Shown piece after piece: positions 1-9,336 of a stretch of DNA of 64,000 nt. The translations under genes were made by a program, and so were the position numbers. Source of the stretch: Squalus acanthias (taxonomy: Eukaryota); assembly GCA_030390025.1 (NCBI GenBank), contig CM059432.1:153390001-153454000 (forward strand). The letters run 5' to 3'. The notes under the pieces were generated by a model. That model saw only the letters and a list, made by a program, of their open reading frames with translations, ran no database searches and was not told the DNA's origin. Position 1 is the stretch's first letter; every line of letters starts with the position of its first letter.

Positions 1-224
1 TGCAGGTGAGATGACAGAAGCGATCTGTCAATGGTGAGAGAGGTTGTTCCAATGAGGTGGCACTGGACATACATTGGCTCTAAACATGTGCAAGCTAAAG
101 AAATCTCTATATGTATTACAAATGCAGTATCCAACAGTTTCTGCACTCTGAAACTGACCATTTGCAACATGGCATCCTTTACACCACTTCTGCAGCTGTC
201 AGCTTATCAGAAACATCAGACCAG

Positions 225-527
225 ACTCAAATTCCGCCAGGGTGAGCTGGCGTGTTCCCCGAGCAGCGGGAAACCCGTGGAGAAGCACGTAAAATTGGAA
301 GGAAGCCTCAAAATACCATTAAATTGGCTCTTAACAAGCCATTTAATGAGCTCAATGGTCTCCCCGCCACTTGGTGTCGGGTCAGTTCTCCGCTGACAGA
401 CCCGACAGCTGGGAGACTCGCGTGGAGGCAGGTTGACAGCGGGTTACTTACCCGCCGTCAATCTTTGCTATTTTGACAGCGAACCCGTCTCCAAACCCGC
501 CCTCTGAGCGCCCGCAAAATCAAGCCC
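225..527. mobile_element. Non-autonomous Harbinger-type element fragment
   Basis: GC-rich segment ending AAAATCAAGCCC|ATT, the reverse complement of the GGGCTYGATTTT terminus at 19741. Left end not resolved. Confidence 0.5.
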
Positions 528-584
528 ATTCTATTCATCTCTCACACACATCCTTCCGATCTCTCATACATACAATGTCTATCT

Positions 585-1056
585 CTGTCTCCCTCACACA
601 CACCACCCATCTCTCCCTCATACACTCTGGAATTCCATCCCTAAACTCCTCCAGCTCTTCACCACCCTCTCCTCCTTTAAGATCATCCTTAAAACATACC
701 AAGCATTTGGTCACTCTTCTTAATATCTCCTTTCTTGGCTCAGCGTCCATTTTTGTCTGATTACACCTCTGTGACACACTTTGATATGTCTTTCTATGTT
801 AACGTCACTAAATAGAAACATAGAAACATAGAAAAATAGGAGCAGGAGTAGGCCATTCGGCCCCTCGAGCCTGCTCCGCCATTCAATATGATCATGGCTG
901 ATCCTCTATCTCAATACCATATTCCCGCTCTCTCCCCATAGCCCTTGACGCCTTTTGTGTCTAGAAATCTATCTATCTCCTTCTTAAATATATTCAGTGA
1001 TTTGGCCTCCACAACCTTCTGTGGTAGAGAATTCCAAATGCAAGTTGTTGTTGTTG
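585..1056 (+). mobile_element. L2 LINE 3' end, split by a CR1 insertion
   Basis: Resembles the 3' end of the L2 at 34740-34953; the tail AAATGCAAGTTGTTGTTG resumes at 1036 after the CR1 piece. Confidence 0.7.
813..1035 (-). mobile_element. CR1 LINE 3' end
   Basis: (TAGAAACA)n tail and 3'UTR matching the reverse complement of 12150-12377. Confidence 0.9.
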
Positions 1057-1154
1057 GGTCTATATATGGCCCAGAAGAACAGAGTGGAGAGGCAAAATGG
1101 CCACTGGACAGATTATTTACCAGATGATTTGGAACTCTGGTTTCCTACACTAAT

Positions 1155-1365
1155 AAAAAACAAACTTGCATTTATAGCATCTTTTACACTCTAAGGGCAT
1201 TCCAGAGCACTTCACAGCCAATGAATTGCTTTTGAAGTATCGTTACTCTTGATTTGTAAGAGCCAATTTATACACAGCAAAGTCCCACAAACAACAATGA
1301 ACTAAATGACCAGTTAACCTGTTTTGGAGGTGTTGGTTCAGGGATGAATGTTCATCAGGACAACT
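1155..1365 (-). mobile_element. Deu-type SINE fragment (3' half)
   Basis: Diverged copy of the SINE body at 25448-25630 (CAGCCAATGAA...CACAGCAA.GTCCCACAAACA). Confidence 0.7.
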
Positions 1366-1870
1366 GCACCCTTAGGGAACATGGAACTGCTCTGCATTTC
1401 AATAAATTGAGCTTAAATCATTAGTAAAAGTAATGTATCTTTTCACGTAGATGATGATTCTCCAGTCAAAAGGTCAAGTAGGCATCTCCTAGGCCTTTGC
1501 AAACTGCACTCTTGAAATAGCCACTAGCGGTTATACAAAATCAGCCTGTGGCTTTTCCCTGCCTCCTGCTCCTAGTCTGTATTCAACACCTCCTCCTGTT
1601 GGCACAGTGCAGAATGAGGATTCAATAGGTGGAAAATTTGGGCCATGAGGCTGGACCTTACAACTGAGTGATATAGTGTGTTGGACAAGCACTGTAGCCA
1701 GCCTTTACGACTATTTCCAACTCTAAAAGACATTCAGTATTCAATAGGTTTGATGATCAATTGTCATTCAGTCCTTGTAATCGTTGCTGTGCTTAAAGAT
1801 AGCAAATTTCATCAAATGTTTCTAATGAAAACTCCCTACTGAATGTCTATCAGCTCATTCATCACTCAAT

Positions 1871-1978
1871 GGAGTAGATCTTGACTTTGTGCGATAGTGT
1901 GAAACGGGTAAGAGCGAGTCGGCAGCCGTTTTACATCTCTCCCATTTTACACTATTGCACAAAGTCAAGATCTATCAC
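1871..1978. mobile_element. Short palindromic MITE
   Basis: 34-bp inverted arms at 1875-1908 and 1941-1974 with 3 mismatches. Related ends occur near 5300 and 19140-19280. Confidence 0.7.
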
Positions 1979-2879
1979 AGTAACTCCAAATGTGCTGGTT
2001 TACATTTGTCTTGCATTCCAGTTAGAATAGTTCCTTTAGCAAACCAAACTATAGTTCTGTGCATATCTTTACATAGAATGTAAAAAAAGGCAAACTAGAT
2101 GAAAGGATACTTTGATCAGTGTTTTGCATAAACCTTCAATTATACAGTATCAACTATTTACATGGCACCATCCTCATTTTAGTTTCCACTGGCTGTAATC
2201 AGCCAGCTCTCTGATACTAAAGAAATACCATCTGATGGGATTATTACATATTTACGTCAAAACCAAATACATAAATTACGGATTCAGTCTAGGATTTTAA
2301 GTTACACAGTCTAGTTAGGCAAGTAGGCGCGCCAAATCTTTTTTGAGTGTACTGATTGAAATCAATTGAAGACCTTTGAATATACTATTACATGCTTGAG
2401 ACTGCAGGCACAGCACGTGAGGGGCAGGCATGATTTCAGCACAAATTTGTCCTGGTATAACTAACATTTGTTACTAGTTCACAGTAAAAGGGGGAAGAGA
2501 TGGATTTTTGTACGAGCCTTTATCCCTACTGCAGTGGATTGACAATTAACAAAGAGGCTCAGCTTCAACCCCCACATGTGCTCCGAGTGAGTCAGAAAGT
2601 GCTGCCGACTGACGACAGCATAACTTATTGTGACCGAATCCGGGGACACACAGGGTGGGAGCACAGCAAAGCAACCAGAACGGAAAATGGAGGTTGCACA
2701 GCACAGTGAGGCAAATTTTTTTAGCAGCCTATATTTTAACAGTTTTACATATACACTACAAATGCAAAACAAATGGGCATATAATTACCGCAGATTTGAC
2801 GTCACACTATTGAAGCACATTCAGACACCTGACCACGCCCCCCCCCCCCCCAACTGTGACTGAGGTCACACCTGACCCC

Positions 2880-3120
2880 TCTCCCACAGTGTCTAGGTCC
2901 TCCCCCTGGGCACCCCCCCCCTCCCCCACTGTGTCTAGCATTAGCCTGGGCACCTCCCCCCCTCCCCCACAGTGTCTAGGTCCTCCCCCTGGGCACCCCC
3001 CCCTCCCCCACTGTGTCTAGGATTAGCCTGGGCACCCCCCCCTCCCCCACAGTGTCTAGGTCCTCCCCCTGGGCGCCCCCCCCTTTCCCCCGGTGACTGT
3101 GACCAGGTCCTCCCCCATGG
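2880..3120. repeat. C-rich minisatellite, about 38-40 bp units in two alternating variants
   Basis: Repeated CCCAC(A/T)GTGTCTAG...CCTGGGCACCCCCC blocks. Confidence 0.85.
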
Positions 3121-3199
3121 CCTCCAGGTTGCCATCTTCCCAGGCACTTCCAGCGCTGACAATCCAACAGCACGAGCCCAGCCGGAAACTCAGAAATAA

Positions 3200-3443
3200 C
3201 TGGCGCATGCGCAGAAAGACCGCCCAGTCGCACATGCGCAGTGAGTCACTCTGGCCATTGTACAAGTTGTTGTTTAGTTTAGCCTTAGAGTCGCAAACTG
3301 ACAGCTCAGGGGGGTACACTCACGGGTACACTTGAGGGACAAGTTTTGTGAACCGGGGACTCTTCCGGGGACAATGTTTGCCTGAGGACATAGAACCTCA
3401 TCTGGGGACTGTCCCCGGATAACAAGGACTTATGGTCACCCTA
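3200..3443. mobile_element. Possible hAT-type DNA transposon end
   Basis: Ends TGGTCACCCTA (reverse complement TAGGGTGACCA, a hAT-like terminus) after several CCGGGGAC subterminal motifs. Partner end not found. Confidence 0.4.
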
Positions 3444-4049
3444 GCATAACTTGAGAGTGTTACTTCAATCAAGATCAGCGAGACTGTGTCAATCAGACTG
3501 GCGCTCACAACATGAGAAAAAAAAACCTCCTCCTGCTGTTGCATACGTAATCCGCAAAGAAACCAAAGAAGTTGTTTAAACAATTCCGGTAATTCAGCTT
3601 TAACGTGCAATTTGTAGGCTAGAATTCCACCAATCAGTCACATTTTCAAAGCTTTCATCAGAGAGGTTGTACGCTGCTTTCACTTTCAGACATTTTTTCT
3701 TGTGCATTGATTATAGAATTGTATGGTGCACTGTTTTTAAAATTAACTTGATGTTTGCAGATTGGAAACACTTATTGTGTTTTGAAATGAACAAATAACT
3801 TAAGGAGATCTTGTAAAAAAAACTGTCTACTTTGATTTTTTTTTAAGTTTAATCTCCTGCTGAAACCCCGCCTCAGCATGCTACCTTTATTTCACCAGCA
3901 GGGGGCATGGTTCTTTTTCTTCCTGCATTCCAAATCCCAGGAATGTCCCGGTCGGTGCTGGCAGAGCGACAACCTGTTAGGAAACCAGTGATATCATTCT
4001 ACCCATAAACCCATGGGGCAGAAAAGAGAAGCCAATGCTAAAGCTGCAA

Positions 4050-4137
4050 TGTTCCGATGAAGAGGCTCCACCCAAAATATTAACCTCGCTTTTCTCTTTC
4101 AGATGCTGACTGGTCTGCTGTGTATTTCTGTTTTTAT
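4050..4137 (+). mobile_element. Decayed Penelope-like terminal fragment
   Basis: CCGATGAAGAGG...CAGATGCTGACTGGTCTGCTG, similar to 17670-17710. Confidence 0.4.
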
Positions 4138-4879
4138 AAATGTTGTAAACTGATTGCTCTAAAGTTCAATACATGTTTCAGAGGACGATATTTGTAGGCA
4201 AGGTATGAAATGTATCTTTTTTTACTGGGATTGAACTCCCAATTTAAGCTAAAGGCCTGGGTAAGAGTTATTTTTTAAACTGCTTTTAAAATGTTAATCC
4301 TTGTTTTAGAAATCAGAACACATAACACATTCACACAGAAACAAGAGTCAGAGAATGCCATCTGCTCTTATACCAAGGATTCAGTGCTGACATGCCAGGA
4401 AAGTTTGCTTCACACTTGAAAAGTTCTGTGGGTAACATCTCCAATTCTGAATTCCACAGTGATGTATATTATCTGGTTTACCACCTAACACCAGAAATGG
4501 TTTAATCAATCTTTTCCAGTACCTACAAAACACAATAATGATGTTTCTGCAAACCAGCTATGTGGTGGAAAGATCGGTGTGCAGTGTCTGGCCATGTCTA
4601 GCCATTTCTGGGCAGTCAGTTACACAGCACTAGGTCAGTACTATCGTGCAAGATCGAAAAATCCAGCTGTCTTCCAAACCCATTTCTTCACCACATACTG
4701 GGAGCATAATGGCACAGTGCAACCAAATCACTTCCAATTATGGCTCAGAACAAAAGACTGAAAAGCATTTTGGAAATCTAAATTGGAAATATGAGTTGAG
4801 CTTTCCCATAAGATTACCACCCCTAAGGATTAAGGAGAAGTGGAAGACTAACTGTAAGCTTAATTCATTCACAAGATAG

Positions 4880-5240
4880 ATACAGCTGTTCAACCCAACT
4901 TAGTACATCTATCAAGAATGAACTATAGTTGCCCCCACACCCAGCATGGTATCCAACTGTTTGTTAAATCGTTCCAGGATGCTCACCTATATTACTCTCT
5001 CCGGAAATCCATTCTGTTCACCACTCAGTCCTCTGACTCGAGGGATCGTTCTTGAGGCTTCAGTGCCTCCCATGTGCCTTGGTGATCAGAGTATTGTATA
5101 GCTTGAGCATGACTTTCTCCAACTTGTACTCTACTGTTTTGGCTATGTAGTTCAGCATTCTGTTTTGCTATGCAGTGATTGGCCACCTTGAGCTTAAGTA
5201 CACGTAAACCTCTGGGTCGCTTACAATTTCACCATTAGCT
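4880..5240 (-). mobile_element. Old CR1 fragment
   Basis: Diverged similarity to the antisense 3' part of CR1 ORF2 (TTGTACTCTACTGTTTTGGCTATGTAG). Confidence 0.5.
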
Positions 5241-6312
5241 ACTTTGAAATCAATGGGAATGAAAATGCGGCCGATCCGCACCGCCAGTCTTACACGGGGC
5301 TACAAGTTGAAAATCTACCCCTTTGACTTATGTCACCCACTTTGTTCTTCTGTGTAATATTTTTCACTTGTTCATACTAAAGTTCCATGCTGTACCCATT
5401 TATGTATTTTATCTCATTAATTTTGTATGTCCCTGGCTGCCTCCCAGATACAGCCCCCGCCCCTACAGTATGATATCTAAAGGTATGTTGTAGGGCTTTT
5501 CACAGTCCCCTTGGATTGTCACTTCGTCAAAGAGCTCAGCTGGGCAGGATTTTGCGCTTCTGAATCTGTGTTGGCTGCTATTTACTAGATTATTATAAAT
5601 GCACTCCTCTGGTTTACTGCTGATATTGATGTGAGGCCGACGGGTCTGTGGTTGCTTGTGTCTGTTTCGTCACCTGTTTTGAAAATGGATACCACGGTCC
5701 TGAAATTCCAAGGGGATTCTCCTGATGTCTTGCTGTAATGCCGACGGGAGACTGGCAGAGCCTCCCAAAAAATGGGTGAGACCTGGCAAAATGGATTACA
5801 CTGGGTCTCTGCCATTTTTAGGGGGTTCCGGCGGTCTCCCAGTGTTAGGCAGAAGAACCCTCTCCCCTGTGACATTTAAGGTTCCCTATTTAGTGGGACA
5901 TTCCCCAGTGTTCTTCACTCCTTCCGAATGGCTACCAGCACCATGTAAACCTCATCCCAGTGGGTCAGCAAAGTCATAAGAGCAGTGCACAACTTGACCC
6001 AGATAATACACAGGAGATGGAAGTCACAGGGCCTTTGGGTATTCGCAACTACAGAATGGCCAAGCCTGCCTTAGTGCCCTAGGGTAAAAACTATTCATCA
6101 CTCTGGATGTTTGTTTGGAGGCCTTTGAACACCTTCATTTCACTTATGTGGAGCTCATTAAGCCTGCTTGTATCATCATCGACTGCAGAAGGCATGTTAC
6201 TTGTGTATTCCCTGGTAAGGAGTAGGTAATCATGTTGTATGTTAACTATTTTCTTTGCATCGTCAGTTTTGGCTTTGTTAGCATCCATTCGGGTTTTCAA
6301 CCCTTCTTTGAT

Positions 6313-7090
6313 AGAAACATAGAAACATAGAAAATAGGTACAGGAGTAGACCATTCGGTCCTTCGAGCCTGCACCGCCATTCAATGCGTTCATGGCTGAA
6401 CATGCTACCTCAGTACCCCATTCCTGCTTTCTCGCCATACCCCTTGATCCCCCTAGTTGTGAGTGTTATATCTAACTCCCTTTTGAATATATTTAGCGAA
6501 CTGGCCTCAACAACCTTCTGTGGAAAAGAATTCCATAGATTCACCACTCTCTGGGTGAAGAAGTTCCTCCTCAGCTCAGTCCTAAATGGCTTCCCCTTAA
6601 TCCTTAGACTGTGACCCCTGGTTCTAGTTTTCCCTACCATTGGGAACATTCTGCCCGCATCTAATTTGTCTAAACCAGTCAGGATTTTAAATGTCTCTAT
6701 AAGATCCCCCCTCATTCTTCTGAACTCCAGAGGATACAAGTTCAGTTGACCCAATCTTTCTTGATATGTCAGTCCGGCCATCCCAGGAATCAATCTAGTG
6801 AACCTTCGCTGCACTCCCTCAATAGCAAGAATGTCCTTCCTTAAGTTAGGAGACCAAAACTGCGCACAATACTCCAGGTGTGGCCTCACCAAGGCCCTGT
6901 ACAACTGCAGCATCACCTCCCTACTCCTGTACTCAAATCCCCTTACTATGAAGGCCATCATTCCGTTTGCTTTCTTGACTGCCTGCTGCACTTGCATTCC
7001 CACCTTCAATGACTGATGTACCATGATGCCCAGGTCTCGTTGCACCTCCCCTTTCCCTAATCTGCCACCATTCAGGTAATAGTCCGCCTC
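6313..7090 (-). mobile_element. 5'-truncated CR1 LINE inserted in an older CR1 relic
   Basis: ORF 6410-7126 encodes the CR1 ORF2 C-terminus (LVRPHLEYCAQFWSP); (TAGAAACA)n tail; TTGAT duplicated at 6308-6312 and 7091-7095. Confidence 0.95.
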
Positions 7091-7439
7091 TTGATGACCC
7101 TTATTGTTATGTAATGAAAGGATCACAAACTGTTATGTTTGGCATCTGCAGTTATGCTCACTTCCAGATTTCTCTTTGCCCCGTTGACCACTCTTATATT
7201 CATCCCAATGTCTCCCCTCATGTTTCTCCTTCAGTATTTGTAGACTTTCTTTATTTCACTTGCAATTACATTATTGACCCATTTAGGATCATTGGGGGAG
7301 AAAGTCAGAAGGGCCGCTAACTTTTGAGAAGTTGGAAATTTAGCGCTAGGCGCTAATCAATCTTGTTGCCTGCTAAATTCAGTCTCAGCGCTCAAAGAAT
7401 GCAGGGGAGCGCTAAATCAGGCGCTAATAGCATAGGTGA

Positions 7440-7982
7440 CCAGCGTCGACAGCGGCGGAGGAGGAGCCTTTCTTTCTTTTTCTCCCACAGAGCGGTCGGC
7501 AGCGGGGAAGGAGGAGCGGACCTGGTTGGAGCGGCGGGAGCGGCGGCGAGTCGATAAAGGGAGCCCCGAGGCTCAGGTAGGCCTCAGACCAGCGTCGACA
7601 GCGGCGGAGGAGGAGCCTTTCTTTCTTTTTCTCCCACAGAGCGGTCGGCAGCGGGGAAGGAGGAGCGGACCTGGTTGGAGCGGCGGGAGCGGCGGCGAGT
7701 CGATAAAGGGAGCCCCGAGGCTCAGGTAGGCCTCAGACCAGCGTCGACAGCGGCGGAGGAGGAGCCTTTCTTTCTTTTTCTCCCACAGAGCGGTCGGCAG
7801 CGGGGAAGGAGGAGCGGACCTGGTTGGAGCGGCGGGAGCGGCGGCGAGTCGATAAAGGGAGCCCCGAGGCTCAGGTAGGCCTCAGACCAGCGTCGACAGC
7901 GGCGGAGGAGGAGCCTTTCTTTCTTTTTCTCCCACAGAGCGGTCGGCAGCGGGGAAGGAGGAGCGGACCTGGTTGGAGCGGC
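7440..7982 (+). repeat. 3.6 copies of a 149-bp GC-rich monomer in the CR1 5'UTR
   Basis: Units start at 7440, 7589, 7738 and 7887 and appear identical. Confidence 0.97.
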
Positions 7983-8388
7983 ATTTAAGGAGGGTGGTGG
8001 CTTAAACCCGAGTTCCTACAGAGTAGGAACCCCCACCCGCCCTCCTCCTCTAACCTAGTAGTCTTTTAGCAGTCTAAAAACAGAGGTCACAAATTTTTTG
8101 GTCTCAGTTTCTTTTCAGCAGAGCAGGAACCGGGAGGAGCGGGAAGTCGGCGTAGGACCAAGGGGACACAAGACCGGGAAGTCAGCGAAAGACCAGGGAG
8201 GTAAGACTAACTGGTAAGTACTTTCCTCAAACCTTCCTAGAAAGTACAACTAAAACTAGTGCGATTTGGTTAGTTTAAAAAGGAATAAGAGGAGTACAGT
8301 ATACATTGGTCTAAGTAAGCTTCGGGAAAACAAAAGTCAATAAATAAACTAAAACTAGAAAATTAATAAGTAATATAAGGGTTAAGTC

Positions 8389-9336
8389 ATGGCAGTAGAG
8401 CTCGGACCTGTGTCATGCTCCTCCTGTAACATGTGGGAAATCATGGACGCTTCCTGTGTCCCTGACAACCATGTGTGCGGGAAGTGTGTCCAGCTGCAGC
8501 TCATGTGGGACCGCATGACGGCCCTTGAGCTGCGGATGGACTCACTTTGGAGCATCCACGATTCTGAGAGGGTTGTGAATAGCACATTTAGTGAGTTGGT
8601 CACACCGCAGGTTAAGGCCAGAGTAGATAGTACATGGGTGACCAAAAGGCAGAGCAAGGGCAGGAAGGTAGTGCAGGAATCCCCTGGGGTTGTCTCCCTC
8701 AGCAACAGGTTCACCGCCTTAGGTGCTGTTGTCGGGGGGGATGACTCATCGGGGGAAGGCACCAGCAGCCAGGCTCATGGCACCATGACTGGCTCTGTTG
8801 CAAAGAAGGGAGGGAAAAAGAGTGGCAGGGCTATAGTAATAGGGGATTCGATTGTAAGGGGAATAGATAGGAGTTTCTGTGGTCGCGACCGAGACTCCAG
8901 GATGGTAATTTGCCTCCCTGGTGCAAGGGTCAAGGATGTCTCGGCGCGGGTGCAGAACATTCTGGAGGGGGAGGGGGAACAGCCAGTTGTCATGATACAT
9001 GTTGGTACCAACGACGTAGCTAAAAAAAGGGAAGAGGTCCTACAAGTAGAATTTAGGGAGTTAGGAGCCAAGCTAAAAAGTAGGACCTCGAAGGTAGTAA
9101 TCTCTGGATTACTACCAGTGCCACGTGCTAGTAAGAGTACAGAGAACAGGATAGTTAGGCTAAATACGTGGCTTGAGCAGTGGTGTAAGAGGGAGGGTTT
9201 TAAATTTTTGAGGCATTGGGACCAGTTTTGTGGTAGGTGTGACCTATACAAAAGGGACGGTCTACACCTGTGCAAAGATGGAACTGATGTTCTCGGGGTA
9301 AATTTTGATAAAGCAGTTCGGGAGCATTTAAACTAG
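8389..9336 (+). CDS. CR1 ORF1p: zinc finger, coiled coil, SGNH/GDSL esterase domain
   Basis: CSSC...CGKC; IGDSIVRG, LPGA, HVGTND and DGLH esterase blocks; 315 aa. Confidence 0.95.
   Translation: MAVELGPVSCSSCNMWEIMDASCVPDNHVCGKCVQLQLMWDRMTALELRMDSLWSIHDSERVVNSTFSELVTPQVKARVDSTWVTKRQSKGRKVVQESPGVVSLSNRFTALGAVVGGDDSSGEGTSSQAHGTMTGSVAKKGGKKSGRAIVIGDSIVRGIDRSFCGRDRDSRMVICLPGARVKDVSARVQNILEGEGEQPVVMIHVGTNDVAKKREEVLQVEFRELGAKLKSRTSKVVISGLLPVPRASKSTENRIVRLNTWLEQWCKREGFKFLRHWDQFCGRCDLYKRDGLHLCKDGTDVLGVNFDKAVREHLN

Noticed and set aside
4052..4085. Second hammerhead ribozyme
   Set aside because: Both cores are mutated (CCGATGA, CAAAA) and stem II does not pair.
6091..6310. Possible host exon (ORF 6091-6438)
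   Set aside because: It joins across the young CR1 to AKRNLEVSITADAKHN-like sequence, i.e. an older CR1 ORF2 relic.
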